From positions 208,351 to 272,350 of the forward strand of contig DASWXP010000002.1 of the NCBI GenBank assembly GCA_036405415.1: DNA of 64,000 nt, written 5' to 3'. This stretch comes from Minisyncoccota bacterium (GTDB lineage Bacteria; Patescibacteriota; Minisyncoccia; Phycocordibacterales; Phycocordibacteraceae). Below the pieces are notes generated by a model that worked only from the letters and a program-made list of their open reading frames with translations, was not told the origin of the DNA and did no database searches. The first letter of the stretch is position 1. Every line of letters starts with the position of its first letter. Below are positions 46,663 through 56,959 of the stretch, piece by piece. The position numbers were made by a program, and so were the translations under genes.

Positions 46663-46690
46663 AAAAGCCCGCGCGTGCGCGCGGGCTTTT
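46663..46690. terminator. bidirectional hairpin AAAAGCCCGCGCG-TGCG-CGCGGGCTTTT between pilin paralogs
   Basis: Perfect 9-bp GC stem with A/T flanks. Confidence 0.45.
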
Positions 46691-46707
46691 GTGCTGCCGA
46701 TGGAGGA

Positions 46708-47073
46708 TTAGTTAACGATGACCGACGGGGTCACGTCGCCTACCGGAGGCGCGGTGTTGGTGGTCTGGAAGGTGCCGCGAAGGATGTTCACGAGACCCCA
46801 GACGGATACCATCACGAAGAAGCCGATGATGCCCCAGAGCATGAGGCTCTTGCCGTTCTCGCGCTTCTCTTCGTCCGCACCGCCCATAATGAAGTACTGG
46901 AACACGCCCCAGATGAACACGATGAAAGCGATAGCGAACACGAGCGGCACGAGCACGTTGTTGATGAGGCTGATGATGCCCTGGCCGATAGAGCCAGCGT
47001 TCGTTGCCGTGACCTGAGCGGACACGAAGAACGGGAACGCGAGAGCGGCAGCAAGATAACCGAGTTTCTTCAT
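46708..47073 (-). CDS. VirB2/TrbC-like pilin-family small membrane protein (paralog 2)
   Basis: Signal peptide, TM1, 'GGADEEKRENGK', then TM2 'LMLWGIIGFFVMVSVWGLVNIL'. Confidence 0.55.
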   Translation of the reverse strand: MKKLGYLAAALAFPFFVSAQVTATNAGSIGQGIISLINNVLVPLVFAIAFIVFIWGVFQYFIMGGADEEKRENGKSLMLWGIIGFFVMVSVWGLVNILRGTFQTTNTAPPVGDVTPSVIVN

Positions 47074-47165
47074 AGGTAATGATTACGTGTAAACCGTATT
47101 TCTTAAGGATAGACCGGAATGATGAAGCGTCAATAGAGCCCTGAAATCCGTGTGGACAGCGGCTT

Positions 47166-47582
47166 CTAGAGGAATGTGTCGTCGTCGTTGAGGTTTGGGG
47201 TCTGGGAACCACCGGTGCCCGGCGTGAATCCTGGAAGGTTCGGGACCTGGTTATCAAGCCTGAACGTTCCCCTCACGATGTTCACGAGGCCCCAGACAGA
47301 TACCATCACGAAGAAGCCGACCACGCCCCAGATCGCCAGCTGCTTTCCCTGCGCGCGCTTCTCTTCGTCTGCGCCTCCGGCGATGAAGTAGAGGAAGAGG
47401 CCCCAGATGAACGCGAGGAACGCGAGCGCGAACACCAGCGGGATCAGCACGCCGCCTATGAAGCGCGTGATGCTCTGGAGCATGGACGGGATGGTGTTCC
47501 CGGATATCTCGTACTGCGCGTACGCGGACGAGGCTGACAGCAGGAACAGGGCGAACGAGAAGAATGCGGTTCGGAGAATCAT
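47166..47582 (-). CDS. VirB2/TrbC-like pilin-family small membrane protein (paralog 3)
   Basis: Signal peptide, TM1, 'GGADEEKRAQGK', then TM2 'LAIWGVVGFFVMVSVWGLVNIV'; near-identical core to paralog 2. Confidence 0.55.
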   Translation of the reverse strand: MILRTAFFSFALFLLSASSAYAQYEISGNTIPSMLQSITRFIGGVLIPLVFALAFLAFIWGLFLYFIAGGADEEKRAQGKQLAIWGVVGFFVMVSVWGLVNIVRGTFRLDNQVPNLPGFTPGTGGSQTPNLNDDDTFL

Positions 47583-47621
47583 ATATATTTAGGATACCAA
47601 TATCTGTGCCTTGAAACAGGG

Positions 47622-47927
47622 TTATGCACTGAGGGCCCCCGGGATAAGGGTAAGAAAGAGCCGGACGATGCCCCAGACCGAGAACATCACCACCAGACCA
47701 ATGATGCCCCACAGCATGAGCGCCTTCCCTTTTTGGCGGTTCTCTTCTCCGCCCATGAAAAGGAACCGCGCCATGCCGATGAAGAAGAACAGCAGCGCGA
47801 GCGCGTACAGGAGCGGCATGACTGCCGTATTCACGATGCTCACGATGCTGGCCGTGAACTCCTTGAAGCTCGCGGCACGCGCGAGAGCCGGCGTGAGCAT
47901 TAGGAAGGCTGCGACAAGGTACCGCAT
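47622..47927 (-). CDS. VirB2/TrbC-like pilin-family small membrane protein (paralog 4)
   Basis: 'FMGGEENRQKGKALMLWGIIGLVVMFSVWGIV'. Start set at MRYLVAAF, 2 nt after the upstream stop. Confidence 0.5.
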   Translation of the reverse strand: MRYLVAAFLMLTPALARAASFKEFTASIVSIVNTAVMPLLYALALLFFFIGMARFLFMGGEENRQKGKALMLWGIIGLVVMFSVWGIVRLFLTLIPGALSA

Positions 47928-47929
47928 GA

Positions 47930-48310
47930 CTAGCGCAGAGAATTCACCGTACCTTCGATCACGAGCTGGATCGAGGTAGCGCCAAGGAGGATGAGACCGC
48001 CGATAACGGTCCACACCAGCGCGCTCTTAGCGCTCTGAAGCTTCTCGGCATTGCCTCTTGCAACCACGAACAGGAAGCCCACGTACACGAGCATCATGAT
48101 GAGGACTATGGTACCGATCTGTACGACGCCGCCGAGGATCGCCCGGAGAAACTCAGGGAGGGTTGAGACGCCGTTAAGCGGATTCACGAGCCCTCCTCCG
48201 GAGGTCGAGGTGCCGGTATTCGTTATAACCTCGGCGTGTGCCGCAAACGGCGCATACAGGAGCGTGAGGAGCACGGTATGCGAAAGAGAGCGAGTGAGTA
48301 TCCGGTTCAT
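47930..48310 (-). CDS. VirB2/TrbC-like pilin-family small membrane protein (paralog 5, divergent)
   Basis: Signal peptide, TM1 'ILGGVVQIGTIVLIMMLVYVGFLFVV', loop 'ARGNAEKLQSAKS', TM2 'ALVWTVIGGLILLGATSI'. Confidence 0.45.
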   Translation of the reverse strand: MNRILTRSLSHTVLLTLLYAPFAAHAEVITNTGTSTSGGGLVNPLNGVSTLPEFLRAILGGVVQIGTIVLIMMLVYVGFLFVVARGNAEKLQSAKSALVWTVIGGLILLGATSIQLVIEGTVNSLR

Positions 48311-48311
48311 G

Positions 48312-49613
48312 CTAGTAGGACGCGTTAATGGACTGGCTTGCGGTTGAGATCGCGTTATTCACCGATTCCCTGCCGCTCGCCACGTTACGAATCATGGTAG
48401 CAAAGATCGTGTCTGTGTCCGTCGGCGCTGGGGAGAGCCAGCCGCGCGCAACGAGCGCCTCAGGATAGAAGACCGGCTCGTAGAGGTCATCCTTCGACGG
48501 TGCAAGTGCTGCACGGACTGCCGGCGCCATGCCGAGCTTGCGCGCAAACGCCGCAACACTCTTGGCGTCCGAGAAAGAGCGCGCCACGCGCACCGCGCCC
48601 TCGGCGTTCGCGCTCGTGCGCGGCACCGCGAACGCGTACGCCTTCCCGTACGTGACGCGCGTCTGGCTCGTTCCCGGGGACGGGACCGGCGCCATATCGA
48701 AGTCGAGGTTCGGATTCGCAGCCGCAAGCGCCTTGCGCTCGGACGCGAACCCGAGGTACAGCGCGAGATCCCCCGCTACGAACGCGTCCCTGCTCTGCGG
48801 CAAGGAGCGATTCCAGGAGTACACCGTCTTCGTTGGGTTCGCGAACTCGGTATAGAAATTCAGCGCGCTCTCGGTAGGACGGATGCCGTAGTTCGTGCCC
48901 TTCATGGTGTCGAGATCCGATTCGATGCCGTTGGTAGTTCTCGTAGTGATCTGGTATCCCGCCTGCATGAATAGCAGCGAGATGATGGCACGCGCATGGT
49001 CGATATTCTCGTACGTACCGAGCGCGATCAGGCTTCGCGACACCACCTGACCTTCGCCTTCTCGGTTGACCGTTCCGGCAAGTCCCGAGACCGCCTCCCA
49101 GGTCGACGGCGGCTGCGTCACGCCTGCCGATGCGAGAATCGGGCGGTTGTAATAGAGGATGAGCGGATCGACCAGGAACGGGATGCCGTACGTGCCTCCG
49201 GTGGTAAGGAAGAGCTCGCCTATAGGGAGGAAGCTGCTCCTGAAGTCTCGTTCGGAGATGGTGCTCGACGGGATCATGCCGAGCTTCGATTGCGCGGACG
49301 CGAGGTCTTCCTGGGAGATGACGATGAGATCGGGACCGCGTCCGGATGCGATCGCTTCGGCAAGGTCCTGGTCGAAGGTCTCCTGCGGACGCTGGGTGTA
49401 GGAGACTTTCCCGTATTCTTGGTGCGCCTGCTTGTACTCGCCAAGCGCCATGTTCATCTCGTTTGCAGGCAAGGTTCCCCAGATGGTAACGGTTCCCACC
49501 TGCGGCACTCCCGAGGAGAATCCCTGGAAGCTCGCGAACAGCGCGATACCGACGAGCGCGATGACGCCGAATATCGCCATCACGATGATCTGGAACGGAC
49601 GGAGGTTTTGCAT
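48312..49613 (-). CDS. extracellular solute-binding protein (ABC transporter SBP family 1, MalE-like), membrane-anchored
   Basis: N-terminal TM anchor then a ~400-aa periplasmic-binding-protein-like domain ('TIWGTLPANEMN', 'YGIPFLVDPLILYYN'). Confidence 0.65.
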   Translation of the reverse strand: MQNLRPFQIIVMAIFGVIALVGIALFASFQGFSSGVPQVGTVTIWGTLPANEMNMALGEYKQAHQEYGKVSYTQRPQETFDQDLAEAIASGRGPDLIVISQEDLASAQSKLGMIPSSTISERDFRSSFLPIGELFLTTGGTYGIPFLVDPLILYYNRPILASAGVTQPPSTWEAVSGLAGTVNREGEGQVVSRSLIALGTYENIDHARAIISLLFMQAGYQITTRTTNGIESDLDTMKGTNYGIRPTESALNFYTEFANPTKTVYSWNRSLPQSRDAFVAGDLALYLGFASERKALAAANPNLDFDMAPVPSPGTSQTRVTYGKAYAFAVPRTSANAEGAVRVARSFSDAKSVAAFARKLGMAPAVRAALAPSKDDLYEPVFYPEALVARGWLSPAPTDTDTIFATMIRNVASGRESVNNAISTASQSINASY

Positions 49614-49616
49614 AAG

Positions 49617-50147
49617 CTACGGCGCAGTGAATACGATCGAGTAATGGTGCGGACCCGCCCTGAAATCCTTCACCTTATGGAAACCAGCACTTATGAAGAG
49701 CTCTTCGGCGACATGTTCGGTGACTACGCGGTGCGGAAGCGGGCCCATGCCCCCGTACGCGCCTGCCCAGTCAATGACGAGGAGCCGGCCTCCGGTCTTG
49801 AGGATGCGCTTGATCTCGGCTACGGCCCCCTCTCTGTGATCAAGCTGAAAGAGCGTGTTCGAAAGGATAACGGCGTCGAGCGACGCGTCGCGCAGCTTCG
49901 TGCCGCCGAGCTTCTCGAAGTTGCCCCATATAGTCTCGACATTGCGCAGGCCCTTCCCGGCTGCGTGATCCTTCACGTGCTTCAGGATATCCTCCTGTAT
50001 GTCTACCGCGTACACGCGGCCCTCAGGACCGACGATCGCCGCAGCGCTCGCCGCGTAGTGCCCTGAGCCGACGCCCAGGTCCCCAACCTTCATGCCTTCG
50101 CGGAGCCCGAGCTGGAGCACGTTGCTCTGCGGATTGCTGAAATTCAT
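49617..50147 (-). CDS. class I SAM-dependent methyltransferase
   Basis: Motif I 'VGDLGVGSGHYA' and motif II 'LDAVILSN'. Start set at MNFSNPQS. Confidence 0.75.
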   Translation of the reverse strand: MNFSNPQSNVLQLGLREGMKVGDLGVGSGHYAASAAAIVGPEGRVYAVDIQEDILKHVKDHAAGKGLRNVETIWGNFEKLGGTKLRDASLDAVILSNTLFQLDHREGAVAEIKRILKTGGRLLVIDWAGAYGGMGPLPHRVVTEHVAEELFISAGFHKVKDFRAGPHHYSIVFTAP

Positions 50148-50244
50148 ACGCAAAGTATAGCAAGCAGGCAGTTCTAGGTAGGTAGCAATCAACAAACACA
50201 AAGGGCGCGTCCGAGACGCGCCCTTTACCGGCGTACTGCCGTGT

Positions 50245-50418
50245 TCAGACGAAGGTGGTGCGATTGATGCCCTCGTGCCCGCGCTCGCGACGCTCCTCGG
50301 CGTCTCGCTCAGGGTTGTAGTCCACCCTGCACGGGACCGCGAATGCGCGACGGGGCTTCGCGGATTCTGGTGGCTGGGCCGAGACCGCAGGTTTCGGCCG
50401 AGGTGTGTTAACTCTCAT
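50245..50418 (-). CDS. candidate small basic protein (57 aa)
   Basis: AAAGAGG RBS 6 nt upstream of the internal ATG (MRVNTPRPKP...). The protein has low sequence complexity, which weakens the call. Confidence 0.25.
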   Translation of the reverse strand: MRVNTPRPKPAVSAQPPESAKPRRAFAVPCRVDYNPERDAEERRERGHEGINRTTFV

Positions 50419-50490
50419 CGTTGCCTCTTTGCTTGCTGCCCGAAATGTTCCGGCAGTCCGAGAGGATATTAACACGAAATGTATAAATGT

Positions 50491-50865
50491 CTATCTATCC
50501 TTGATCCTGAACCGGAGTATGCCTTCCCGCATGTCGCGATTAGCAACCACTTCAGCATCTTCCGGGAGGTCATGAGGACGGATGCCGACTGGCTCGTCGC
50601 TGATCTGGATGTCGTCGAGCGAGAATCCGAGCTCGCTTGCGATCTTCGGTGTACTAACCGCATTGAACGCATCGATAGCCGCACGCAGCTCGCTCAGCGA
50701 GTTTGCAAGTATCATCCTCTGGTACGCTTCTGACTCTTCGCCCGTTAGTGCCATCCGCTCGCCGAGCGACCGCTTCTCGAAGGCAGCAGGGTTGATGCCC
50801 TCAGCCTTGTCAGGAACCCTCCTGAGCGCATCTGGTCCGAACTGCTGCATGCCTTCAAGTCCCAT
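50491..50865 (-). CDS. hypothetical protein
   Basis: 124-aa ORF between the MTase and gyrA on the same strand. Confidence 0.35.
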   Translation of the reverse strand: MGLEGMQQFGPDALRRVPDKAEGINPAAFEKRSLGERMALTGEESEAYQRMILANSLSELRAAIDAFNAVSTPKIASELGFSLDDIQISDEPVGIRPHDLPEDAEVVANRDMREGILRFRIKDR

Positions 50866-50884
50866 ACTTGTTTCGGTTATGTGT

Positions 50885-53356
50885 CTAAAGCGCCACCATC
50901 GACGCGATGCTGTCTCCCTCGCGCATCTTCATGATGCGCACGCCCTGCGTCGCGCGTGAGAGGCTCGGAATCTCCCCTGCCGAACAGCGGATAACCTGGC
51001 CCTTCTTGGAGATGACGACGAGCTCGTCGTCCTTCTCGGCGTCGCCGATAAGCACCTTCGCGCCGATGATCTTACCCGTCTTCGCGGTCACGTCCGCAGT
51101 CTTGATGCCTGAGCCGCCGCGGCCTTGCACCTTGTACTCAGCGAGCGAGGTCTTCTTTCCGTACCCCTTGTCCATGATGACGAGCAGCGACGCGTTGTCG
51201 CCCGCCTCGCCCGGCACCACTTCCGCAGACACCACGCGGTCCCCCTTCTTCACGTTCATGCCGCGCACGCCCGCGGCCGTACGTCCCATGGCGCGCGTCT
51301 CCGCCTCGTCGAAGCGAATCGACTGACCTTCAGCGGTGACGATCGATACCGAATCGCCGGAAGCCGCAAGGTGCGCCGAGACGAGCCTGTCGCCGCCCTT
51401 GAGCGCGATCGCGATGATGCCAGAACGGCGCACGTCCGCGAACGACTTCGCCTCCACCTTCTTGATGGTGCCTGCTTCGGTCACGAGGAACACGGAGAGC
51501 CCATCGCGCTCCTTGCCCTTCGGGATCGCGAGTACGCTCGTCACGCGCTCTTCTCCCGCGAGCGGCAGGAAATTCATGATGCTCTTTCCCTTGGTAGCGC
51601 GCTTGCCTTCTGGAAGGTCGAACATGCGCAGCTGATATGCCTTGCCGAAGTCCGTGAAGAACAGCAGCTCTGCGTGCGCGCTCGCCTTCACGAAGTGCGT
51701 CACCACGTCCTCTTCCTTGGTGGACATATCAATCACGCCCACGCCGCCGCGCTTCTGCACCTTGTACTCGTCCGGGTTCGTGCGCTTCACATAGCCGCCT
51801 GCGGTTAGGACGAGTACGGACTCCTCGTCCGGGACGAGATCCTCGACGGAAATATTCTTCACACCGCCTTTCACAATCTTCGTGCGGCGATCATCGCCGT
51901 ATTTCTCGCCGATAGCCACGAGCTCTTCGCGCACAACCGCGAGGATGTTCTTCGCAGAAGAAAGAATCTTCTTGAGTCGCTTGATAAGCGCCTGGATCTC
52001 CGCGAGCTCGTCCTCGATCTTCTGGCGCTCGAGCGCTGCGAGCTTCTGGAGACGCATCTCGAGGATCGCTGCTGCCTGGATCTGAGAGAAGGCGAACTTC
52101 TTCTGAAGCGCTGCGGACGCGCTCGGGACGTCCTTGGATGCGCGGATGGTCTTGATGACCTCGTCGATGTGATCGAGCGCCTTGGAGAGGCCGAGCAGGA
52201 TGTGCTCGCGCTCTTCTGCCTTACGAAGCTCGTGCTCGGTACGACGCTTCACCACCTCCTCTCGATGGAGGATGAAGGACTCGAGCATGCCCTTCAAAGA
52301 AAGGGTCTGCGGCACGCCATCGACGAGCGCGAGCATGTTGTAGTGGAAGGTCGATTCGAGCTCGGTGTACTTGTAGAGATTATTCAAAACCGCCTGCGGA
52401 TGCGCGGTGCCCTTGAGCTCGACTACGACGCGGATATCCGCCGCGGACTCGTCGCGCAGGTCCTTCACGCCCTCGAGCTTCTTGTCGCGCACGAGGTCCG
52501 CGATGCGCGTGATGAGGTCCGCCTTGTTCACGCGGTACGGAATCGACGTTATGACGATGTTCGTTCCCTTCTTCTCCTCGACAATCTCAGCTTCGCCGCG
52601 CACCACCACGCCGCCGCGGCCTGAGGTGTAGGCGTGCTTGATATCTGTCTGGTTGAACGCGATAGCGCCGAGCGGGAAGTCCGGACCCTTCACGTGCTCG
52701 AGGAGGTCGTCCACGGACGCGTCCGGATTATCGATGAGGTGCGTGGTCGCGTTCACCACCTCGCGCAGGTTATGAGGCGGGATGTTCGTCGCCATACCAA
52801 CCGCGATGCCGAGCGTGCCGTTCAGAAGGAGGTTAGGGACGGCTGCCGGAAGGACGCTCGGCTCCTGCTTGCTTCCGTCGAAGTTCGGATTCCAGTCAAC
52901 GGTCTCCTTCTCGAGATCGCGGAGCATCTCATCGGCGAGGCGCGACATCTTCGCTTCGGTGTAGCGGTATGCTGCGGGCGGATCGCCGTCTACGGAACCG
53001 AAGTTACCCTGCCCCTGCACGAGGAGGTAGCGCGTCGCGAAGTCCTGCGCGAGCTTCACCATTGCGTCGTACACGGACGCGTCACCGTGCGGATGGTACG
53101 AACCGAGCACCTCTCCCACCACCGTCGCGGACTTCCGGAACTTCGCGGTCGGCGTGAGCCCGGTCTGACGCATAGCGTAGAGGATGCGGCGATGCACCGG
53201 CTTCAGTCCGTCGCGGACGTCCGGAAGGGCGCGGCTGGTGATGACGGACATCGCGTAATCGAGATACGACGTGCGCATCTCGCTCGTGATGGACTGATCC
53301 ACCACGTTCACGCGCGGCTCGATCGGTGCTTCTTCTTTTGCGGCTTTCTTCGGCAT
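50885..53356 (-). CDS. gyrA: DNA gyrase subunit A
   Basis: '[10 protein letters not shown]', '[21 protein letters not shown]' and C-terminal beta-pinwheel repeats. Confidence 0.9.
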   Translation of the reverse strand: MPKKAAKEEAPIEPRVNVVDQSITSEMRTSYLDYAMSVITSRALPDVRDGLKPVHRRILYAMRQTGLTPTAKFRKSATVVGEVLGSYHPHGDASVYDAMVKLAQDFATRYLLVQGQGNFGSVDGDPPAAYRYTEAKMSRLADEMLRDLEKETVDWNPNFDGSKQEPSVLPAAVPNLLLNGTLGIAVGMATNIPPHNLREVVNATTHLIDNPDASVDDLLEHVKGPDFPLGAIAFNQTDIKHAYTSGRGGVVVRGEAEIVEEKKGTNIVITSIPYRVNKADLITRIADLVRDKKLEGVKDLRDESAADIRVVVELKGTAHPQAVLNNLYKYTELESTFHYNMLALVDGVPQTLSLKGMLESFILHREEVVKRRTEHELRKAEEREHILLGLSKALDHIDEVIKTIRASKDVPSASAALQKKFAFSQIQAAAILEMRLQKLAALERQKIEDELAEIQALIKRLKKILSSAKNILAVVREELVAIGEKYGDDRRTKIVKGGVKNISVEDLVPDEESVLVLTAGGYVKRTNPDEYKVQKRGGVGVIDMSTKEEDVVTHFVKASAHAELLFFTDFGKAYQLRMFDLPEGKRATKGKSIMNFLPLAGEERVTSVLAIPKGKERDGLSVFLVTEAGTIKKVEAKSFADVRRSGIIAIALKGGDRLVSAHLAASGDSVSIVTAEGQSIRFDEAETRAMGRTAAGVRGMNVKKGDRVVSAEVVPGEAGDNASLLVIMDKGYGKKTSLAEYKVQGRGGSGIKTADVTAKTGKIIGAKVLIGDAEKDDELVVISKKGQVIRCSAGEIPSLSRATQGVRIMKMREGDSIASMVAL

Positions 53357-53361
53357 GGAAA

Positions 53362-53733
53362 CTAGAACGGGATGACGGTCTTCTCGGTATCGTTCGCAGG
53401 CTGCGCGCGCCCCTCGAGCGTCGAGGAAGTGCGCGTCTCGATAACCTTGAGCGCAGCCTCGGTGCTCGTAGCATTGAATGCGGCGCCTGCCGCACCCATG
53501 AGGTTAGAGAACGCGCTCGCTGGCTCCTCGAACGATTCGGCGAATGTCTCGCGGTCTTCCGCAAGCTTCGGCTCGCTGAGCGCGAACGTTCCTGAGGTTC
53601 CGAGCGCAACCGCCCACCCGGCAGCGACAAGCGCCGTCACGCCGACCGCGACTCCCATCGCGATGTTGTGACGCACGTGCTCCGGCTTCTCCTGGAGGCG
53701 CTCGATGTGTCCCTTGAGGTTGTCTAGTGCCAT
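53362..53733 (-). CDS. hypothetical membrane protein
   Basis: 123 aa with one TM helix '[22 protein letters not shown]'. Confidence 0.4.
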   Translation of the reverse strand: MALDNLKGHIERLQEKPEHVRHNIAMGVAVGVTALVAAGWAVALGTSGTFALSEPKLAEDRETFAESFEEPASAFSNLMGAAGAAFNATSTEAALKVIETRTSSTLEGRAQPANDTEKTVIPF

Positions 53734-53736
53734 AGG

Positions 53737-54378
53737 CTATGCGGTTATGACGATGATAGCACCGTCCTTGTCAGCGGCATCCTTCTTCTTAAGGGTGAGC
53801 TTGTCCACCTTCTCGCTCTCCTTGCCGCTCTCCTTGAGGAAGCTCTCGAGGGCCTTGGGCTCACCCATGCCGTCCCAGTGCATCGGGATGACCACCTTGG
53901 GCTCGAGCGTTACGGCGAGCTTCGCCGCTTCTGCGGCGTTCAATACGCCGTCCCCGCCGACCGGCACGAAGAGCACGTCAATATCGTCGATCGCCTCGCG
54001 CGCGTCATGCGAGAGCATGGGGTCCGAGAGCGCGCCCAGATGCACGAGGGTCATGCCTTCAAGGGAGACGGCATATACCGTGTTCACCGCATCGGTCTCG
54101 CCTTTCGGAAGGCCGTACTGGCTCTTCGTGAGGAATCCTTGAACCGTGACGCCTGCTACCTCGTACTCTCCCGGTCCATCGATAACGAACGGCTCGGTGC
54201 CCCCGAACGAGACCTCGGCCACGCCGTTCATGTCCTTGTGCTTTCTCGTGACGAGCGCGATATCGGCGCCGAAGCGTACCGCCGGAAGCGAGGCTCCCTT
54301 TGCGACCGGATCGAAGACCAGGGTGCGGTCTCCGAGCGTCACCTTGAAGCATTGCCCGCCGTGATGGGTGATAACCAT
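53737..54378 (-). CDS. MBL-fold metal-dependent hydrolase (UPF0173-like)
   Basis: 'ITHHGGQCF', 'DIALVTRKHKDMNG', 'VIPMHWD'. Confidence 0.7.
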   Translation of the reverse strand: MVITHHGGQCFKVTLGDRTLVFDPVAKGASLPAVRFGADIALVTRKHKDMNGVAEVSFGGTEPFVIDGPGEYEVAGVTVQGFLTKSQYGLPKGETDAVNTVYAVSLEGMTLVHLGALSDPMLSHDAREAIDDIDVLFVPVGGDGVLNAAEAAKLAVTLEPKVVIPMHWDGMGEPKALESFLKESGKESEKVDKLTLKKKDAADKDGAIIVITA

Positions 54379-54714
54379 GTTCTCTTCATTATACAGGAAT
54401 CGTAAGTCCTTTGATAGCAATCATGAGCCTATGCACAGGCCGCTTTGAGAAGATTTGATGTTAAGGCCGTACGATACCTGTGTGCGCGGTGATGCGCGGC
54501 ACGGGAGCTGGTCCGCAGGACCAAGTGCCGGGTTTTCTCCGGGTTACCGACCACCTGCGGTCCAGTTCCTTTACTGACCTGCCTCCTAGCAGGTCTTTCC
54601 TATTTCTCATTAGGACATATCCACAGAGGTATTGACAATAGATGAAGAGTGGGGTATCTTTTCGGAGCTAAGGGCCTGGACTGTCCAGGAAGCCAAAGCC
54701 GGAAAGGAAAGACC

Positions 54715-54813
54715 ATGAAGGTCAACACCTACAATCCGCCGGGCCTCATCGGCCTGGCTCAAGTGAAGAACGTCGCCAACGTCGCCCTGGCCGGCGCCGC
54801 CTCCGCCTGATCG
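54715..54813 (+). CDS. candidate 32-aa peptide ORF in the long leader upstream of rpsA
   Basis: MKVNTYNPPGLIGLAQVKNVANVALAGAASA with an AAGGAAAG RBS. A 15-nt perfect palindrome CCTGGACTGTCCAGG lies at 54677-54691 and a 7-bp hairpin follows the ORF. Confidence 0.3.
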
Positions 54814-55134
54814 GGCGCCGGCCGCACCGGAGGGTGTGGGGAGCTTCCCCACCGAACGCAACTCTGTTGGCGTGCGCGCCAGAAAGGATAACGCGACGAA
54901 CAACCCCTACCAGGGCTCGTAACAAAATTCTTTGGCGTAGGTAGCGAATGCCGCTGCCAATCTCACATATACAAGGTCCCGCCAGACTTCGGTCTGCGCG
55001 GGGCCTTCTCTTTTACCTATATATATGGTAGGTTTCTCGCATCGCGAGCGCGTATATAAGCCGTGCGCGGGCTATCCCTCAGCTACCCTAAGGCAACTGA
55101 GTACCCGCCACACAGGACGCCTCGTACATTTCTA

Positions 55135-56274
55135 ATGCCTGAAGAGATTCAGACGACTGAGGAGCGCAAGGCTCCCCCGGTTGTCTCGACTGTAGTAGTA
55201 GAACCTGGCCACCCGATGGCCGGGATGATTGACGATATCGCCGTGCCACCGCGCGCAGGCGACCTCGTCGAGGGAACCATTATCGAGCTCGTGCGCGGAC
55301 GTCTCTATGTAGACCTCCCGCCGTTCGGCACCGGTATCATCTACGGCCGCGAGTACCTCAACGCCGCAGATGTGCTTAGGAAGGCGAATCCGGGCGACAC
55401 CATCTCCGCGAAGGTCGTCGACGCCGCTGGCCTTGATGGCTACATCGAGCTCTCCCTCAAGGAGGCGCGCCAGGCCGCTATCTGGAGCGAGGCTGAGCAG
55501 GCTATCGCCGCGCAGACCATCTACACCCTTACCGTCGACGAGGCGAACAAGGGCGGTCTCATCCTTTCTTGGCAGGGCATCCAGGGCTTCCTCCCTGCTT
55601 CCCAGCTTACGAAGGAGCACTACCCGCGCGTTCCTGAGGGCGACAAGGACAAGATCTTCGGCGAGCTCCAGAAGCTCACCGGCACCGCGCTTTCGGTGCG
55701 AATCATTACGGCCGACGCGAAGGAGGGCAAGCTCATCTTCTCTGAGCGTGCAGGCGACGAGGAGAACGAGAAGGCGTCCCTCATCGACAAGTACCAGGTG
55801 GGCGACGTGGTAGAGGGCGAGGTCACCGGCGCCGTTGACTTCGGCGTGTTCGTGAAGCTCGAGCAGGGTCTCGAGGGTCTCGTGCACATCTCGGAGCTCG
55901 ACTGGGGCCTCGTGGAGGACCCGCGTGCCCTCTTCAAGGTTGGCGACCGCGTATCCGTAAAGGTTATCGAGGTGAAGGACGGCAAGGTTTCCCTTTCCGT
56001 GAAGGCCCTCAAGGAGAACCCGTGGAAGACCGCGCAGGACCGCTACAAGAAAGGTATGGAGGTATCCGGCGTTATCATCAAGTACAACAAGCACGGCGCG
56101 CTCGCGTCCATCGAGGAAGGCGTCGCCGGTCTCGTGCACATCTCGGAGTTCGCGTCTCCAGCGGAGCTCCGCGATACGCTCGAGCTTGGCCGCGCATACC
56201 CGTTCACCATCACCCTCTTCGAGCCGAAGGACCAGCGCATGACGCTCTCCTTCGCCGGCGCGAAGAAGAAGTAG
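55135..56274 (+). CDS. rpsA: 30S ribosomal protein S1 (four S1 domains, short form)
   Basis: Repeated S1 motifs ('GDLVEGTII', 'GDVVEGEVTGAVDFGVFVKL', 'GMEVSGVIIKYNKHGALASI'). Confidence 0.8.
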   Translation: MPEEIQTTEERKAPPVVSTVVVEPGHPMAGMIDDIAVPPRAGDLVEGTIIELVRGRLYVDLPPFGTGIIYGREYLNAADVLRKANPGDTISAKVVDAAGLDGYIELSLKEARQAAIWSEAEQAIAAQTIYTLTVDEANKGGLILSWQGIQGFLPASQLTKEHYPRVPEGDKDKIFGELQKLTGTALSVRIITADAKEGKLIFSERAGDEENEKASLIDKYQVGDVVEGEVTGAVDFGVFVKLEQGLEGLVHISELDWGLVEDPRALFKVGDRVSVKVIEVKDGKVSLSVKALKENPWKTAQDRYKKGMEVSGVIIKYNKHGALASIEEGVAGLVHISEFASPAELRDTLELGRAYPFTITLFEPKDQRMTLSFAGAKKK

Positions 56275-56325
56275 TTCCCTATCGGGAAATGAAGGCGCCC
56301 GGAGCTCTCGCTCCGGGCGTTTTCG

Positions 56326-56907
56326 TTACGCAGGCACCCAATCGAAACAGGTAGTCTTACGCTTCGGCTGATGCTCAACGTACCCTTCGGGATCGAAGTG
56401 CTCGATCGGCATGAGCCACCTGAAGCGGATCATGCGATTCTTCGCGATCAGGCCCGGATACGACTTGGACGACTTCGAGGAAGACCGGAATTCTCCCGGA
56501 ATCCGCTCGAGGACGCTCAGGTCCACGAGCGTGATGCCGAGTTCCTCCCTAATTCCTCGAGCCATCGCCGTGAGGGGACGTTCGCTCCGCTGACGCTTCT
56601 CGCTTACGCTGATGTCTTGCTTGCGGATGCGGCGCGTACCGTTGGCGAACACCTGCATGGATTCCCGCAGGAACAGGCGTCCTGTCGGTCCTTCGTGGTA
56701 GATGAGCGCTTGCGCACGCTCGACCAGACGCAGGAGCTTGCCGCGCTTGTTAACCGCAAGCTGCGACTCTCCGTTCCGGATCTCCTTCCAGAAATCCTCG
56801 ACGGTCTTCGTGGGGCCTTGGCCCCAGGTTTCGAAAGGAACCTCGTGCTGCTTCAATATTCTTTGAAGCGACGTGAGGCTCTGAACTTTTAGTATGCGAT
56901 ATGCCAT
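56326..56907 (-). CDS. hypothetical protein with partial NUDIX-box-like motif
   Basis: 'SERPLTAMARGIREELGI' approximates E-x7-R-E-U-x-E-E-x-G-U. Confidence 0.35.
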   Translation of the reverse strand: MAYRILKVQSLTSLQRILKQHEVPFETWGQGPTKTVEDFWKEIRNGESQLAVNKRGKLLRLVERAQALIYHEGPTGRLFLRESMQVFANGTRRIRKQDISVSEKRQRSERPLTAMARGIREELGITLVDLSVLERIPGEFRSSSKSSKSYPGLIAKNRMIRFRWLMPIEHFDPEGYVEHQPKRKTTCFDWVPA

Positions 56908-56959
56908 CTGGCACCTCCCTCCGCTTCCGGAGGGAATGTAGCATGCTTTCTCCTAAACG

